From Felis catus (lineage: Eukaryota): DNA of 64,000 nucleotides. The stretch is from positions 50,221,815-50,285,814 of the forward strand of contig NC_058368.1 in assembly GCF_018350175.1 (NCBI RefSeq). The letters run 5' to 3'. This document shows, in pieces, positions 62,480 to 64,000 of this stretch. Every line of letters begins with the position of its first letter. The stretch's first letter is position 1. Position numbers and translations under genes: made by a program. The notes beneath the pieces were generated by a model. That model was given only the letters and a program-made list of their open reading frames with translations, was not told where the DNA came from and did not search any database.

Positions 62480-62670
62480 TTGATCATGATATTGATCATG
62501 TGTGTAACTGTAACTAGTGTGACCTTGGGCAAGGTGATTGCTTTACCCTTTAAGCCTGGGTCTCCTCATCTACAAAATAACAATAATGATAAAACAGTAT
62601 TTGCTTCATAAAGAGGTCATGAGGATGGAATTATCTAGCAATATACTTTGATATAATAGGTGCTCAAGAA
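62480..62670 (+). mobile_element. MIR SINE
   Basis: 'gtgtgaccttgggcaaggtga...gcctgggtctcctcatctacaaaat' core. Confidence 0.7.
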
Positions 62671-63129
62671 AAAGTACTCGTGTCATTCCTGTATTAGCTA
62701 AAGGGGCAGAGGGGTATAATAGGAAGACTGAAGGTAATCAGCTAAAATTTTATTCGTCCTTAAATGAGGTTCCACTGCTCCAGGAACTGAGTTAGGCAGT
62801 TGAACATACATATATGGGACAAAGACAGGAAGGAAATATGGCTAAGTGGTATTTCATGCATGGTAGAATAAGAAGTGCTATTTTTTTTTCTTCCTTATAC
62901 TTTTCTGTGCTTTCTGCATTTTGTACCATAAAGATGAGTTACTTTTTTAATCCTAAAATTTACATTTAAGGAATAATATGGAACTATGCTGCCCTTTGTA
63001 ATTTTTCTTCCTGTTAACCCAGCTCCAGGAACCTTTGAATTGAGTCCTTTGGAGAGATTTTGCAGGATGATATTTGCCATTGGTGTTGCAATAGGGTCCG
63101 AGATGTGGGCGACCCTCAGAAAGCTGGAA

Positions 63130-63350
63130 ACACAGGTTGAGAGTCAGGCAAAGCTGGGCCTGAGTCCATCCACACTCTATCAGTAACAAGCTGTGCAGTC
63201 TTGAGAATGTTACTTCATCTCTCTGAGTCTCTTTCCTGATCTGTAAAATGAAGGTGACAATCTCCTTTGCAAGATTGTAGTGATGATTAAATCAAGTGAG
63301 AATTCCTATGTAGTGCACTTAGCATAGTCCGAACCATAAAAGTAGTCATA
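63130..63350 (+). mobile_element. MIR SINE
   Basis: 'ttacttcatctctctgagtctctttcctgatctgtaaaatg...gattaaat...gcacttagcatagtcc' core. Confidence 0.75.
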
Positions 63351-63671
63351 TAATGGTGGCTATTATTATTCAGTGAAAGATTATTGAAGGTCAACTTCTT
63401 TTTTTTCATGAAGCAACTGAAGCATATGGAAATTACATGACTTCTCTGATATCTTCCTGATAGTAAATGACAGAATGTCAGGTTTACTAACATCAGTACG
63501 GCACTCTTTCCAGTAGACAGGTGTTTCAAAATGTGTGTTATTGAATACGATCTTCAAAATTTTTCCATATAAACATAAAACCCTGGTATTATTTGCTTAA
63601 TACTCTTCTTTATGTTTACTTAAATAACTTCTTCACTTATGTAAATTTGTTTAGAAATTGCCATTATTTTA

Positions 63672-63897
63672 TTTTATTAAAAATTTTTTTTCAACGTTTA
63701 TTTATTTATTTTGGGACAGAGAGAGACAGAGCATGAACAGGGGAGGGGCAGAGAGAGAGGGAGACACAGAATCGGAAACAGGCTCCAGGCTCCGAGCCAT
63801 CAGCCCAGAGCCTGACGCGGGGCTCGAACTCCCGGACCGCGAGATCGTGACCTGGCTGAAGTCGGACGCTTAACCGACTGCGCCACCCAGGCGCCCC
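63672..63897 (-). mobile_element. Very young felid Can-SINE
   Basis: CpG-rich variant ('ctccgagccatcagcccagagcctgacgcggggctcgaactcccggaccgcgagatcgtg'); perfect TSD tgccattatttta (63659-63671 / 63900-63912). Confidence 0.96.
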
Positions 63898-64000
63898 TCT
63901 GCCATTATTTTAAATATAAATCAGTATCACTTCCCGTGTCATAAACAAAAGGTGATTATGAAATAAATTCAATAATGCAAAATAATTTTATTACATTTTA

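Noticed and set aside
8973..63873. Many similar short ORFs (…AQVMIS…SSSPALGSVLTAQSLEPASDSVS…) that look like a peptide family
   Set aside because: All are translations of Can-SINE copies

Overview
This is mammalian genomic DNA, almost certainly a felid: it carries cat-type Can-SINEs and carnivore L1 3' ends. Bases ~1.6-7 kb hold the last four coding exons and the 3'UTR of LMO7 on the + strand, ending in a complete C-terminal LIM domain. The remaining ~57 kb is intergenic, with no supportable protein-coding gene; most ORF-track hits there are repeat-derived or chance. That region contains about 17 Can-SINEs, L1/L2/MIR fragments, MaLR/ERVL solo LTRs and DNA-transposon fossils, often nested. The most notable observations are: (1) the terminal LMO7 exon can be read in two frames, so skipping the 103-nt penultimate exon gives a half-LIM protein with a different 30-aa tail; (2) a tailless, 3'-truncated U2 snRNA retrocopy with a target-site duplication sits inside a Tigger-family element; (3) two ~630-bp L1 3' fragments share almost the same 5' breakpoint and the same ORF2 frameshift, suggesting a non-autonomous L1-derived family; (4) four same-orientation Tigger/MER44-like elements; (5) two co-oriented CTCF-like motifs downstream of LMO7. 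I see no evidence for a new multi-gene system. Repeat family names and human LMO7 comparisons come from recognition of remembered consensus sequences, not database searches.
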